Positions 20,285 to 30,959 are shown, counted from the stretch's first letter. The stretch: DNA of 64,000 nucleotides from Tropicibacter sp. R16_0 (GCF_017743935.1 NZ_JAGHRE010000001.1:167683-231682); one strand, 5' to 3'. Numbers and translations: made by a program. The notes: generated by a model not told the origin, from the letters alone.

Positions 20285-21238
20285 TTATCCGATCGTCCGG
20301 GCGCGCGCCTCGCCCTGTTTGCGGGCCTGTCCGGGGCCAAACCCGTAGAACTTGCTGAACGCACGGCTGAACGCGGGCGTGGACTGATACCCCACGCTCA
20401 AAGCCGCGCCTTCGACGGACTGCTCGCCTGATTGCAGCAGCTTGCGGGCCTTCTCCAACCGCCAGCTGGTCAGGTATTTGAGCGGCGTTGTCCCGGTCAG
20501 ACTTTGGAACCGATCGGCAAATACCGTGCGGGACATACCCGCATTCCGCGCAATGCTTTCGACTGTCCAGGGCGAGGCCGGGTCGTCATGCAAGGCGCGC
20601 AAGGCTCGGGCGATCATCGGATCCCCCATCGCCTTGAGCACCCCTTGCGGCAGGCTTTCCTGCTGCATCCACAGGCGTAGGGCCTGCACAAACAAAACCT
20701 CGGTCATGCGGTGCACGATGATGCCGTTCCCGGGAGCAGGGGCGTCGGCCTCAGTCGCAAGCAGGTTCAAGGTCGCCGCTAGCCAGGCCGCCGCCTCATG
20801 CGGCAGTTCGCGGGCCAGAATGAAAGGCGGCAAGGTTTGCAGGAAATGACTGCGCCGGGCCTGCGGTGAGAACGAGAAATGCCCACACAAGAGCCGCGTC
20901 TGCGCGCCATCGTCCCGCAGCTTGTAGATCAGCTGTCCCTTGCCATCATACCCGGCATCACCCAGCACTGTCTCCAACTCGGGCGCCCGCGCGTTCGGAT
21001 GGGCCAGCAGATCATGCTGCGCCCCATGCGGGATCATCAGGAAATCCCCTTGCCGGATATGACAGGGGGCATCGGCCCCCTCGATCCGCACATGACACTC
21101 CCCCCTGAGCACCAGATGAAAGCGCACCACGTTTTCATAGGCCGGAACGCGCACGCCCCAATCCCCCGAAAACTCGGTCGAGAAATACAGCATCCCGGCA
21201 AAATCGAGATGCGAGAGAATATCACTGATCGGATCCAT
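20285..21238 (-). CDS. AraC-family transcriptional regulator with N-terminal cupin sensor domain
   Basis: 317 aa. C-terminal AraC HTH (TVESIARNAGMSRTVFADRFQSLTGTTPLKYLTSWRLEKARKLL...GYQSTPAFSRAFSKFYG). Confidence 0.8.
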   Translation of the reverse strand: MDPISDILSHLDFAGMLYFSTEFSGDWGVRVPAYENVVRFHLVLRGECHVRIEGADAPCHIRQGDFLMIPHGAQHDLLAHPNARAPELETVLGDAGYDGKGQLIYKLRDDGAQTRLLCGHFSFSPQARRSHFLQTLPPFILARELPHEAAAWLAATLNLLATEADAPAPGNGIIVHRMTEVLFVQALRLWMQQESLPQGVLKAMGDPMIARALRALHDDPASPWTVESIARNAGMSRTVFADRFQSLTGTTPLKYLTSWRLEKARKLLQSGEQSVEGAALSVGYQSTPAFSRAFSKFYGFGPGQARKQGEARARTIG

Positions 21239-21370
21239 ACCGACAGCTTATGGGCTGTCCCGAGGGTTTCAAGCGATCCGGACGATCTGCTAAGTTTGCC
21301 GGACGGGTTGCAACGATTTGGCTCTATGCGTCAGTGTTGAAGTTGTCTCGAATGCCAGCTAATTCTCGGG

Positions 21371-22804
21371 ATGGTTGATTTAAGCAGGCAGGATTTCATG
21401 CAGGACATTTCAGAGAAAGACATCTGGGAAGATGATCTTCTCGGTTACGAAGACGTCGCTCAGACCTTTACCCGTCTGATCAAGACAATCGACGACACCA
21501 AGGTGATCTCGATCGAGGCCGGATATGGCCGAGGTAAGACGTTCTTTCGGGAAAGGTGGGCCAGGCATCTCGAAGACGAGGGCGAGGTTGTGGTCGAAGT
21601 TGATGCGCACGTGTCCGATCACACCGGCGATCCAGTTTTGACTTTCATCGGGGCGCTTATCGACAAGCTTCCTGCAAGCGATACGCCTAAACGGGATGCG
21701 GTTTTTGAAAAGGGAAAAAAGGTCCTTGGTGTCTTGGCCAGAACGGGTGGCGGGATATTGGCCCGTCAGGGGGCGGGGGCCTTGGTCGACTATATCTCAG
21801 GCGAAGTGGCCGACGAACTTGAGGGGCAAGAAGGCCTCCAAAAACATGTCGATGCGTTTGGCGATGCGCTTTCCAAAAAGGCTGGCACGCTGATTGCTGC
21901 CCAGATCGAGGCCGAGCGGGTCAGGACCACCGAGTTGCCCCAACAGATGGATGCCCTGCGGCAAGCATTGACAGGCGAGGAAGAGGGGGATGAAGCCAAG
22001 CGGATCGTCGTTCTGGTCGACGAGTTGGACCGTTGCCATCCGGACTATGCCATTGCCTTTCTTGAGGCGATGAAGCTGGTGTTTAACCGCGATGGGTTTG
22101 TCTTTTGTCTGATGGTCAATGCTGAGTACTTGGAAGGACTGGCCGCGCATAGGTTCGGGAAGATGCAAGCGGGTGAGCGGTATTTGGACAAGTTTATTGA
22201 CATGCGTCTCGCATTGCCAAAAACCAAAGAGGTTGTGGCAGGTGCCACAGAAACGTTGTTTTCTGACCTCCCAGAGGGGATTCCGTACGGCTCCGGAGAA
22301 GAATTTACAATTGGGGCAGCTGCCAAACTCGCTGGACAGCTAGCCTCTATGAGTGAGTTGACCATCCGGCAAGTCAAAAGGATCCGACTGAGAGTTGACC
22401 TCACAATTCGCTGTTACTCTGAGCAGCCACTAGACTATTCACTACTTGTGTACCTTGCATTTCGGGCGGTCATCTCAGAAGCGGGACAAACATTCAGTAG
22501 TGCAATGTCCAAAACGCTTTCGAGAGCTTCGCTCACGCCGGAGTTTGGAAAGAGCACTGATCACAGTGTACGACAGGACGTATCGGACAGTTCTGCACGA
22601 AACGCTAACGATGTAATGCGAGGCAACTTTCCGGAATTGGCGACGCTGCCAGAAGATCGGTACAGACTACCAGATAATCAACACAATCCAAAATGGGCTA
22701 AGGTCTGCATTTTCTTAGCAAGGCACTATGTCCCTGATCACGAAAATGCGCTGAATGCTCTGCGTCAGTTTGAAGTGACTGGAGCAGACATGTCTGGCGA
22801 ATAG
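21371..22804 (+). CDS. KAP-family P-loop NTPase (soluble), possible defence/abortive-infection type
   Basis: Walker A AGYGRGKTFF and the KAP-diagnostic Walker B VVLVDELDRCHP. No TM insert seen. Last ~500 nt of the gene are markedly lower in GC than the first ~930 nt. Confidence 0.6.
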   Translation: MVDLSRQDFMQDISEKDIWEDDLLGYEDVAQTFTRLIKTIDDTKVISIEAGYGRGKTFFRERWARHLEDEGEVVVEVDAHVSDHTGDPVLTFIGALIDKLPASDTPKRDAVFEKGKKVLGVLARTGGGILARQGAGALVDYISGEVADELEGQEGLQKHVDAFGDALSKKAGTLIAAQIEAERVRTTELPQQMDALRQALTGEEEGDEAKRIVVLVDELDRCHPDYAIAFLEAMKLVFNRDGFVFCLMVNAEYLEGLAAHRFGKMQAGERYLDKFIDMRLALPKTKEVVAGATETLFSDLPEGIPYGSGEEFTIGAAAKLAGQLASMSELTIRQVKRIRLRVDLTIRCYSEQPLDYSLLVYLAFRAVISEAGQTFSSAMSKTLSRASLTPEFGKSTDHSVRQDVSDSSARNANDVMRGNFPELATLPEDRYRLPDNQHNPKWAKVCIFLARHYVPDHENALNALRQFEVTGADMSGE

Positions 22805-23027
22805 GCTTTTCCCTTGCACACAACGGGGAATCTGCCTATACGCGCGATGTCTGAACAGGGCGGTCAACGTCCGGATGACATATCTGAGCAGGGCTGGGGT
22901 ACACCTCGGCCCTTTGTGTTTGTTTGATCAGATGTGTTCCGGGCCACGTGCTGGATAGGCTTAACCAAGACCGGCGGAGACAACCGCACGGCCAGAAAAA
23001 AACCGTTGTAAAGGACACACACGCCAC

Positions 23028-24704
23028 ATGGCTGATACATCCATGGAGGAATTCGAAGCCCTCCTGCAAGAAAGCTTCGAAATGGACACCCCCGAAGAGG
23101 GTTCGGTTGTCAAAGGCAAGGTCATCGCTATCGAGGCAGGCCAAGCCATCATCGACGTAGGCTACAAAATGGAAGGCCGCGTCGAGCTGAAAGAATTCGC
23201 AAACCCTGGCGAAGCCCCTGAAATCGCTGTTGGCGACGAAGTTGAGGTTTACCTGCGCGCGGCTGAAAACGCCCGCGGCGAAGCTGTTATCTCGCGCGAG
23301 ATGGCCCGCCGTGAAGAAGCATGGGACCGCCTGGAAAAAGCATATGCCGACGATCAGCGCGTCGAAGGCGCGATCTTTGGCCGTGTCAAAGGTGGCTTCA
23401 CCGTCGATCTGGGTGGCGCGGTTGCGTTCCTGCCCGGCTCGCAGGTTGACGTTCGCCCCGTGCGCGACGCTGGCCCGCTGATGGGTCTCAAGCAGCCGTT
23501 CCAGATCCTGAAAATGGACCGCCGCCGTGGCAACATCGTTGTGTCGCGCCGCGCCATTCTGGAAGAATCGCGTGCCGAACAGCGCGCCGAAGTCATCGGC
23601 AACCTGTCCGAAGGTCAGGCAGTCGACGGCGTGGTCAAGAACATCACCGAATACGGTGCGTTTGTTGACCTGGGCGGCGTAGACGGCCTGCTGCACGTCA
23701 CCGACATGGCATGGCGCCGTGTGAACCACCCGTCCGAAATCCTGTCGATCGGTGAAACCGTCAAGGTTCAGGTCATCAAGATCAACAAGGAAACCCACCG
23801 CATCAGCCTGGGCATGAAGCAGTTGCAAGAAGATCCGTGGGATCTGGTCGCTGCCAAGTACCCGCTGGAATCGGTACACAAGGGCCGCGTCACCAACATC
23901 ACCGACTACGGTGCATTTGTTGAGCTGGAGCCGGGCGTCGAAGGTCTGGTTCACGTGTCCGAGATGTCCTGGACCAAGAAAAACGTCCACCCTGGCAAGA
24001 TCGTTTCGACCAGCCAGGAAGTCGACGTCATGGTTCTGGAAATCGACGGCGCCAAGCGTCGCGTTTCCCTGGGCCTCAAGCAGACCATGCGCAACCCGTG
24101 GGAAGTGTTTGCAGAAACACACCCCGAGGGCACTCAGGTCGAAGGCGAAGTCAAGAACATCACCGAGTTTGGTCTGTTCATCGGCCTCGACGGCGACATC
24201 GACGGCATGGTTCACCTCTCCGACCTGTCGTGGGACGAGCGTGGCGAAGACGCGATCCAGAACTACCGCAAAGGCGACATGGTTTCGGCCGTTGTCTCCG
24301 AGGTTGACGTCGACAAAGAGCGTATCTCGCTGTCGATCAAAAACCTGGGCGGCGACAAGTTCGCCGAAGCCGTTGGCGGCGTGAAGCGTGGTTCGATCGT
24401 GACTGTCGAAGTGACCGCAATCGAAGATGGCGGCATCGAGGTGGAATACGAAGGCATGAAATCCTTCATCCGCCGCTCCGACCTGTCGCGTGACCGTGCC
24501 GAGCAGCGCCCCGAGCGCTTCAACACCGGCGACAAGGTCGACGTCCGCGTCACCAACGTCGACAGCAAGACCCGTCGTCTGGGCCTGTCGATCAAGGCAC
24601 GCGAGATCGCGGAAGAAAAAGAAGCAGTGGAACAGTATGGCTCCTCGGATTCCGGCGCATCGCTGGGCGACATCCTGGGCGCAGCTCTGAAATCGGGCGA
24701 CTGA
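23028..24704 (+). CDS. rpsA: 30S ribosomal protein S1
   Basis: 558 aa of repeated S1 domains (MADTSMEEFEALLQESFEMDTPEEGSVVKGKVIAIEAGQAIIDVGYKMEGRV...). The 624-aa minus ORF 22836-24710 is its antisense artefact. Confidence 0.95.
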   Translation: MADTSMEEFEALLQESFEMDTPEEGSVVKGKVIAIEAGQAIIDVGYKMEGRVELKEFANPGEAPEIAVGDEVEVYLRAAENARGEAVISREMARREEAWDRLEKAYADDQRVEGAIFGRVKGGFTVDLGGAVAFLPGSQVDVRPVRDAGPLMGLKQPFQILKMDRRRGNIVVSRRAILEESRAEQRAEVIGNLSEGQAVDGVVKNITEYGAFVDLGGVDGLLHVTDMAWRRVNHPSEILSIGETVKVQVIKINKETHRISLGMKQLQEDPWDLVAAKYPLESVHKGRVTNITDYGAFVELEPGVEGLVHVSEMSWTKKNVHPGKIVSTSQEVDVMVLEIDGAKRRVSLGLKQTMRNPWEVFAETHPEGTQVEGEVKNITEFGLFIGLDGDIDGMVHLSDLSWDERGEDAIQNYRKGDMVSAVVSEVDVDKERISLSIKNLGGDKFAEAVGGVKRGSIVTVEVTAIEDGGIEVEYEGMKSFIRRSDLSRDRAEQRPERFNTGDKVDVRVTNVDSKTRRLGLSIKAREIAEEKEAVEQYGSSDSGASLGDILGAALKSGD

Positions 24705-24728
24705 TTTCAATCCGCTTGACTGCTAATG

Positions 24729-24762
24729 GGCCCCGCAACGCAAGTTGCGGGGCCTTTTTTGT
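24729..24762 (+). terminator. strong rho-independent terminator after rpsA
   Basis: GGCCCCGCAAC-GCAA-GTTGCGGGGCC followed by TTTTTTGTT. Confidence 0.7.
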
Positions 24763-24770
24763 TCTGAGTG

Positions 24771-26198
24771 TTAGTCCAGCCGTTCCATGTCGTTGAGCTC
24801 AAAGCTGTTGTCGAGCAGGCTGGGTTCGGGGCCATAGAACCGGGCCAACAGGAAAAAGCGGCGCTCTGGATCAGTCGGCAGCCAGTTGGTCTCAAAGCCT
24901 TTCGGCGCTGTTGGCCCAAAGTAGATGTCGACCGAGCCGTCGTCATTTTTGACAACGCTTTCCATCGTTGAATCGATGGTGCTGGGGTTGATGTCCCGCA
25001 GATAGGATGCGGTCACCAGATCATAGGTGGTGATCGACCAGAAATCGCGCACCGGAACATTGGCGGGGACCGTCAGCTTATAGTTGCGACCCCCATCCAG
25101 CCATTCCTGATCCGGGGTTTCGGCCAGATCCAGGTAATAGGTCGAGGTGCCATAGTTCTTGATGCTGGTGATGATCGCGTAATACAGCGCCCCGCGCGCG
25201 ACATAGTCGTAATGGGACGGGTACTCATAGCTCCATTCCGTTTCCCGCGACCCGTTCGGCACCAGCGCCGACCACCGTTTCCCTTCAAACACAAAGGGGT
25301 TCAGGACCCGGTGGTATTGGTCGATCATGTACTCCAACGCCTCGGGCCCGGCCGCATCAAACAGGGCCTGCATCTTTGCGTCCGGCTCGAACGGGGCGTT
25401 GCGGTTGATGCCCATTCGCGCAAGGGCACCCATCATCACCAGGTCACGGTCCAGCACCACTTCGTCGCTGATCATCTCGTGAATATGGCCATAAATGTTG
25501 CCGTCCATGACCGGGGTCATCTCCAGCGGCACACCATAGACGTCGACATATTGGGTCGACACCTCGCCATCTGCTTCGGATAGCGGGTAGACTTTGATCT
25601 TTTTGGTCAAGGCGGTGGCCTTGGCCAGGTTCTCTTCGGTGGCGCCACCCGCCAGGATCGGGCGAAGAACGGCAAAGCCATAATTGGTGGCTTGCTCATA
25701 AACCAGGGCATTGGGGAGCAAGGGGCCGTCATATCCCGGCGGCACGATCATGTAACGCGCACCCAGACCGCGATCCCGCCCGTTTGATCCCACATCGTCA
25801 AGGGGACGCTGCCAGGCATCCATGATTGTCCCGAAAATCCCTACACCCTCTTCGGATGGGGGCATCTCAAAGATCACCGGACCGTCTTTGGTGCTCCAAT
25901 AGGCGTGGATATAGGGGGTCGTGTTGTTTGGGGTCGCTGTTTGAAACCGCCAATCCTGCACTTTCGAATTATAGCCAATGTCGTTGGGTCCGACCCCGGC
26001 CTTGGCAAGAGCGTCGCGGTAGAACTTGAAATTCATCAAGGGCATCGCCCAGACGGCGGCGTCAATGGCCCGGTGGTATGTCAAACGATCCGCCGTACTT
26101 GCCGACGAGAGGTCAAACTTCTCGGCGAATGCGGTGGTGGAAACCGTTGCAGCAAGGGCAACCGTTGCTGCCAAGGTTGGAACTTTGAAACGGAGCAT
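24771..26198 (-). CDS. secreted DUF1254/DUF1214-domain protein
   Basis: 475 aa with signal peptide (MLRFKVPTLAATVALAATVSTTAFA). Size and composition fit the paired DUF1254/DUF1214 periplasmic family. No catalytic motif recognised. Confidence 0.5.
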   Translation of the reverse strand: MLRFKVPTLAATVALAATVSTTAFAEKFDLSSASTADRLTYHRAIDAAVWAMPLMNFKFYRDALAKAGVGPNDIGYNSKVQDWRFQTATPNNTTPYIHAYWSTKDGPVIFEMPPSEEGVGIFGTIMDAWQRPLDDVGSNGRDRGLGARYMIVPPGYDGPLLPNALVYEQATNYGFAVLRPILAGGATEENLAKATALTKKIKVYPLSEADGEVSTQYVDVYGVPLEMTPVMDGNIYGHIHEMISDEVVLDRDLVMMGALARMGINRNAPFEPDAKMQALFDAAGPEALEYMIDQYHRVLNPFVFEGKRWSALVPNGSRETEWSYEYPSHYDYVARGALYYAIITSIKNYGTSTYYLDLAETPDQEWLDGGRNYKLTVPANVPVRDFWSITTYDLVTASYLRDINPSTIDSTMESVVKNDDGSVDIYFGPTAPKGFETNWLPTDPERRFFLLARFYGPEPSLLDNSFELNDMERLD

Positions 26199-26440
26199 CG
26201 AAGTGACCTTTCAAATAATTCAATTTGTTGATGGGACATAAGGCAACCTTAGGCAAAGGCACGTCTGCGGCAAAGAAATTCTCCTCTCGCAGGATCCCGG
26301 AACCGGCCTGCGCCTTGAGCGTCAACGCCTGCTGGCAGCCCAACGCAAGATCTGTACCCGGGTCTCATGTGGTGCTGCTCGCCCCGTTGGGCGGCGGGTG
26401 CTAGGGTGTCCTTGTGTGTGTTCATCAAGGGATGAGACCG

Positions 26441-26833
26441 ATGGCGAAGAACGTGTCTGGTGGGTGTCTTTGCGGGGCTGTGCGTTTTGTGGCCCAGGGG
26501 GAGCCCCTTCGCGCGGGGATCTGTCATTGCATGGACTGTCGCAAGCACCACGGCGCGCCGTTTCATGCCTCGGCGATCTATCCCGAGACCTTGGTCACGG
26601 TGACCGGTCAGACGCAGCACTATGAGGGCCGGCATTTCTGCCCACGCTGCGGTTCGTCGGTGTTCTCGTGTTCAGAGGGAGAGATTGAGCTGCACCTGGG
26701 CGCTTTGGACAGCCCCAATCAGTTTGCCCCATCCTATGAGCTTTGGACGATACGGCGCGAAAACTGGCTGGCTCCCATTGTGGGTGCTGCTCTTTTCCAA
26801 CGTGACCGCGAAGAACAAGATGACCCACCGTGA
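26441..26833 (+). CDS. GFA (glutathione-dependent formaldehyde-activating / CENP-V) family protein
   Basis: MAKNVSGGCLCGAVRF...ICHCMDCRKHHGAPF...CPRCGS Cys-rich zinc-site pattern typical of the GFA domain. ORF-track start 26414 is an extension. Confidence 0.6.
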   Translation: MAKNVSGGCLCGAVRFVAQGEPLRAGICHCMDCRKHHGAPFHASAIYPETLVTVTGQTQHYEGRHFCPRCGSSVFSCSEGEIELHLGALDSPNQFAPSYELWTIRRENWLAPIVGAALFQRDREEQDDPP

Positions 26834-27199
26834 GCTATGCTCACGCCGACCTTAACACCAGAAAGCCAACGTCCCTCTGATCGGCATCTTGGTCAAAGAT
26901 GTGCGTGACAGATGGGCGGATCAACCCCAGACATGAAGCCGCTGAGGCGCGGCATCGCGGCCCGTCATGTGACGTAGCGGCACCGAATCATCTGTTGTCG
27001 TCCCTGTAGCATGGGGTAATTGCGGCGATGCAGCACGGCTGCCAGTTGAAATTCTTTCAAAAGGGGACGCAAATTTTGGGCGTCAATCCCGAATTTTCCC
27101 GTTAACGCTTTGACTTAACGTTCCCCATGCCTCTAGTTTTCCTGTACGATCACAAAAATAGCTACGCGCCACCATGTTGCCTTGGGAGGGGAACTGACC

Positions 27200-27481
27200 A
27201 TGATCCGTTCGGAACTGATCCAGAAAATCGCCGATGAGAACCCGCATTTGTACCAGCGGGATGTGGAGCGGATCGTCAACACGGTGTTCGAAGAGGTCAC
27301 AGGCGCCATGGCGCGGGGCGACCGGGTCGAGCTGCGCGGCTTTGGCGCCTTTTCGGTGAAAAAGCGCGACGCGCGGATTGGTCGCAATCCAAGAACCGGC
27401 GAAACAGTGCATGTCGAAGAAAAGCACGTGCCGTTCTTCAAGACCGGCAAGTTGCTGCGGGATCGATTGAACGGAAAGTAA
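27200..27481 (+). CDS. ihfB: integration host factor subunit beta
   Basis: [81 protein letters not shown]. Conserved position after rpsA. Confidence 0.85.
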   Translation: MIRSELIQKIADENPHLYQRDVERIVNTVFEEVTGAMARGDRVELRGFGAFSVKKRDARIGRNPRTGETVHVEEKHVPFFKTGKLLRDRLNGK

Positions 27482-27485
27482 CAAC

Positions 27486-27836
27486 ATGCGCTACATTCGC
27501 TACGCGTTTCTGGGGGCCCTTGGCATTCTTCTGGTGTCCGTGTCGCTGGCAAACCGCAACTTTGTGACCCTCAAACTTGTGCCCGACGATCTGGCAGGTG
27601 TGCTGGGTTTCAACCTGACCATTTCACTGCCGCTTTTCGTGGTGGTTCTGGGCGGTATTGCGGCAGGCATCATCATCGGGTTTGTCTGGGAATGGCTGCG
27701 CGAGCACAAGCACCGCAAAGAGGCCTCGGTCAAACACCGCGAAGTCCGCAAGCTGGAACGCGAAGTGACCAAGCTCAAGGACAAGAGCAACGAAGGCAAG
27801 GACGAGGTGCTGGCCATCCTCGACGAGGCCAGCTGA
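27486..27836 (+). CDS. LapA/YciS-like (DUF1049) inner-membrane protein
   Basis: 116 aa: two TM helices then a charged coiled C-terminus (REHKHRKEASVKHREVRKLEREVTKLKDK). Follows ihfB as in many proteobacteria. Confidence 0.6.
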   Translation: MRYIRYAFLGALGILLVSVSLANRNFVTLKLVPDDLAGVLGFNLTISLPLFVVVLGGIAAGIIIGFVWEWLREHKHRKEASVKHREVRKLEREVTKLKDKSNEGKDEVLAILDEAS

Positions 27837-27844
27837 TTTAGACC

Positions 27845-28501
27845 ATGTCTCAGACTGTCAGTGCAAAGATTTGCGGGGTTAAGTCGCCCGCGGATGTCGT
27901 GGCCGCGGCCCAGGCGGGCGCGCGCTATGTGGGTTTTGTGTTCTTTGCAAAATCGCCACGGTATCTCACGACCGAGGAGGCCGCGGCCTTGGCCGCCGAC
28001 GTGCCCCTTGGTGTCGCCAAGGTTGCGCTGACGGTGAATGCCTCGGACGACGAACTGGATCGGATCACAGGCGCGGTACCGCTCGACATGTTGCAACTGC
28101 ACGGCAAGGAAAGTCCCAAGCGCGTGGCCGAGGTCAAGGCGCGTTATGGCCTGCCGGTGATGAAGGCTATCGGCATCGCCGATGCCGAGGATCTGCCACA
28201 GATCGATTTGTATTCGGAAGTCGCCGACCAACTGTTGATCGACGCCAAGCCACCCAAGAACGCGGACCTGCCTGGTGGCAACGGGTTGGCGTTCGACTGG
28301 CGCCTGCTGGCGGGCCGCAAATACTGGCAGACCCCGTGGATGCTGGCCGGCGGCCTGACGCCCGAAAATGTGGCCGAAGCCATTCGGATGACCGGCGCGC
28401 GCCAGGTTGATGTCTCGTCCGGGGTCGAAAGCGCCCCGGGTGTCAAGGATGCGGGTAAGATCCGCGCCTTTCTGGCCGCAACCGAAGCTCAGGATGCCTG
28501 A
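27845..28501 (+). CDS. trpF: N-(5'-phosphoribosyl)anthranilate isomerase
   Basis: 218 aa. [34 protein letters not shown] and [11 protein letters not shown] are TrpF signatures. Confidence 0.85.
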   Translation: MSQTVSAKICGVKSPADVVAAAQAGARYVGFVFFAKSPRYLTTEEAAALAADVPLGVAKVALTVNASDDELDRITGAVPLDMLQLHGKESPKRVAEVKARYGLPVMKAIGIADAEDLPQIDLYSEVADQLLIDAKPPKNADLPGGNGLAFDWRLLAGRKYWQTPWMLAGGLTPENVAEAIRMTGARQVDVSSGVESAPGVKDAGKIRAFLAATEAQDA

Positions 28502-28880
28502 CCCTTACGAACTGTTGCTGGGCGAGCGTGACGACGTCACGCCGGATGATATCGACTTTTTCGCAGCAGATCCCGGCCGGTTGGAGTTGCTCCGCGCCCG
28601 CGAAAGCGGGCGCGACAAACGCCTGATCACCTTGCTGGTCTGCGCCGTCGGGCTGATCGTCTTGTCCAAGATCATCGTCGCGCAATACCCAGACCAGGTT
28701 GAGCAATTGATCAGCGATGTCTTTGTCGATCTCTTCTTCGAATTGGGGGCTGCCCTGATCGGCGCGGCGGTAACCGTCTTGCTGATCAACCGCTCGTCCG
28801 TGCGCCAGACCCAAAAGAACCTGGAACTGAGGCGCGAGATCGAATGGCGGATCTCTGAAAAACAAGACAGCAACAACTGA
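28494..28880 (+). CDS. hypothetical membrane protein inserted between trpF and trpB
   Basis: ATG at 28494 overlapping the trpF stop (ATGCCTGA). 128 aa with two TM helices and charged termini. No known motif. Confidence 0.4.
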   Translation: MPDPYELLLGERDDVTPDDIDFFAADPGRLELLRARESGRDKRLITLLVCAVGLIVLSKIIVAQYPDQVEQLISDVFVDLFFELGAALIGAAVTVLLINRSSVRQTQKNLELRREIEWRISEKQDSNN

Positions 28881-28928
28881 TCCGACCCGCGCGCTCTGGC
28901 GTATCCCCTTTGACAGGAGGGCAAGGCG

Positions 28929-29264
28929 ATGATGGCAGCGATTGGTGGTGTTAGGTTGAAAAGCTGGCTGACAGCACCTGAGTTTTTCTGGCGTGCGCGG
29001 CAGGCTTTGCAACAGGCCAAGGATAGCCCCGGATGCCACCATGCCATCGTATTTCCCCGGGGTGACATCTATTTCTCGCTCAGCGTCTGGGACACGCCCC
29101 AAGACATGATCGCTTACGCGCACAGCGGCCCGCATGCACGTTTGCTCAAGGTCACGCCGCGTCTTGCACATGTGCTCTACTTCCACCACTTCCCCTGCAC
29201 TGACATCCCAGCCCCCGACGTTGCGTGGCAGCTTTGGCGGCAACAGGGGCAATCCGCAGCTTGA
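28929..29264 (+). CDS. hypothetical protein (His/Cys-containing, ~111 aa)
   Basis: ORF with genome-typical codon usage between trpF and trpB. No family assigned with confidence. Confidence 0.35.
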   Translation: MMAAIGGVRLKSWLTAPEFFWRARQALQQAKDSPGCHHAIVFPRGDIYFSLSVWDTPQDMIAYAHSGPHARLLKVTPRLAHVLYFHHFPCTDIPAPDVAWQLWRQQGQSAA

Positions 29265-29332
29265 TGCCTTTTTTGCATGGCAAATCCGGCGCGCACCTCC
29301 TATGAACATCTGGCACGACGACGGAGACTCTC

Positions 29333-30580
29333 ATGGCCAACGACCTTTTCAACTCCTTCATGTCCGGCCCCGACGAAAGCGGGCGCTTCGGTATCTTTGG
29401 CGGACGGTTCGTCAGCGAAACCCTGATGCCGCTGATCCTGTCGCTGGAAGAGGAATATGAAAAGGCCAAGGACGATCCGACCTTCTGGGCCGAGATGGAT
29501 GACCTTTGGGCCAACTACGTGGGCCGCCCTTCGCCGCTCTATTTTGCCGAGCGTCTGACCGAACACCTTGGCGGGGCCAAGATTTACCTCAAGCGTGACG
29601 AGTTGAACCACACCGGCGCGCATAAGATTAACAACGTGCTGGGTCAGATCATCCTGGCCCGTCGCATGGGCAAGACGCGCATCATCGCCGAGACCGGTGC
29701 CGGTCAGCACGGCGTCGCCACTGCCACCGTCTGCGCCAAGTTTGGCCTGAAATGCGTGGTCTACATGGGCGCGCATGACGTGCAGCGCCAGGCCCCCAAC
29801 GTCTTCCGCATGCGCCTGTTGGGCGCCGAGGTGATCCCGGTCACCTCTGGCCGTGGCACGCTCAAAGACGCGATGAACGATGCGCTGCGCGATTGGGTCA
29901 CCAACGTGCGCGACACCTTCTACTGTATCGGCACCGTGGCTGGCCCGCACCCCTATCCGGCGATGGTCCGCGACTTTCAGTCGATCATCGGCAAAGAAGC
30001 CAAAGAGCAGATGATGAAGGCCGAGGGCCGTCTGCCCGACACCATCATTGCCGCCATCGGCGGTGGCTCGAACGCCATGGGCCTGTTCTATCCCTTCCTG
30101 GACGACAAAGAAGTCAACATCATCGGGGTTGAGGCTGGCGGCAAAGGCGTAGACGAAAAGATGGAGCACTGCGCCTCGCTCACCGGTGGCCGCCCCGGCG
30201 TGCTGCATGGCAACCGCACTTATCTGTTGCAGGACGACGACGGCCAAATCCTCGAAGGCTATTCGATCTCGGCCGGCCTTGATTATCCCGGCATCGGTCC
30301 CGAACACGCTTGGCTCAACGACATCGGCCGCGCGCAATATGTCTCGATCACCGATATGGAGGCGCTGGAGGCGTTCCAGCTCTGCTGCGCGACCGAAGGC
30401 ATCATTCCCGCACTGGAACCCTCTCACGCGCTGGCCCACGTGATGAAGATCGCACCCGAGCTGCCCGCCGACCACCTGATCTGCATGAACATGTGCGGTC
30501 GTGGCGACAAGGACGTGCAGACCGTGGCCAATTACCTTGGGTTCGATATGTCCGACACCGAAGGCCGCACAGCAGGCTAA
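29333..30580 (+). CDS. trpB: tryptophan synthase beta subunit
   Basis: 415 aa. [22 protein letters not shown] (PLP lysine) and the GGGSNAMG loop. GGAGAC RBS. Confidence 0.95.
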   Translation: MANDLFNSFMSGPDESGRFGIFGGRFVSETLMPLILSLEEEYEKAKDDPTFWAEMDDLWANYVGRPSPLYFAERLTEHLGGAKIYLKRDELNHTGAHKINNVLGQIILARRMGKTRIIAETGAGQHGVATATVCAKFGLKCVVYMGAHDVQRQAPNVFRMRLLGAEVIPVTSGRGTLKDAMNDALRDWVTNVRDTFYCIGTVAGPHPYPAMVRDFQSIIGKEAKEQMMKAEGRLPDTIIAAIGGGSNAMGLFYPFLDDKEVNIIGVEAGGKGVDEKMEHCASLTGGRPGVLHGNRTYLLQDDDGQILEGYSISAGLDYPGIGPEHAWLNDIGRAQYVSITDMEALEAFQLCCATEGIIPALEPSHALAHVMKIAPELPADHLICMNMCGRGDKDVQTVANYLGFDMSDTEGRTAG

Positions 30581-30886
30581 CGCGTCCATCCGACCGGACG
30601 GTTTTTGAAATTTCTGACAATGGCGGCGGGGCTGAAGTAAGCTCCGCTGCTTTTTCGTTCCCATCAGCCTTTTCGAATGTTGCGCAGATGGGTAATTTTG
30701 TTGCGCGCTCGCCACAGGTGCGATTTCGGCCCGAACAAAAAGATTGAGCGAATCCAGCCCCTTGGCCTAAACCCGCCGTCACCGGTCACAACGGGCCGGA
30801 CCCTAGCGGGCAGAGGTGATCACTCTCCCGGTGCGGGCGGCGCTGCCGTTTTCCGTATGCCAGGGCCGAAACCGGGGATTGGGACA

Positions 30887-30959
30887 TGCTTTGTAGCTCA
30901 GTCGGATAGAGCAACAGAACGAGACTCTGTGAGCGAAGGTTCGATCCCTTCCAAAGCCA
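30887..30959 (+). pseudogene. tRNA-like element 1 (cloverleaf with aberrant anticodon loop ACGAGAC, C33, 4-nt variable loop, U1:C72 mismatch); probable tRNA pseudogene/remnant
   Basis: Canonical D arm TAGCTCAGTCGGATAGAGC and T arm GAAGG-TTCGATC-CCTTC with 6/7 acceptor pairs. The anticodon loop violates U33/R37. Confidence 0.4.
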
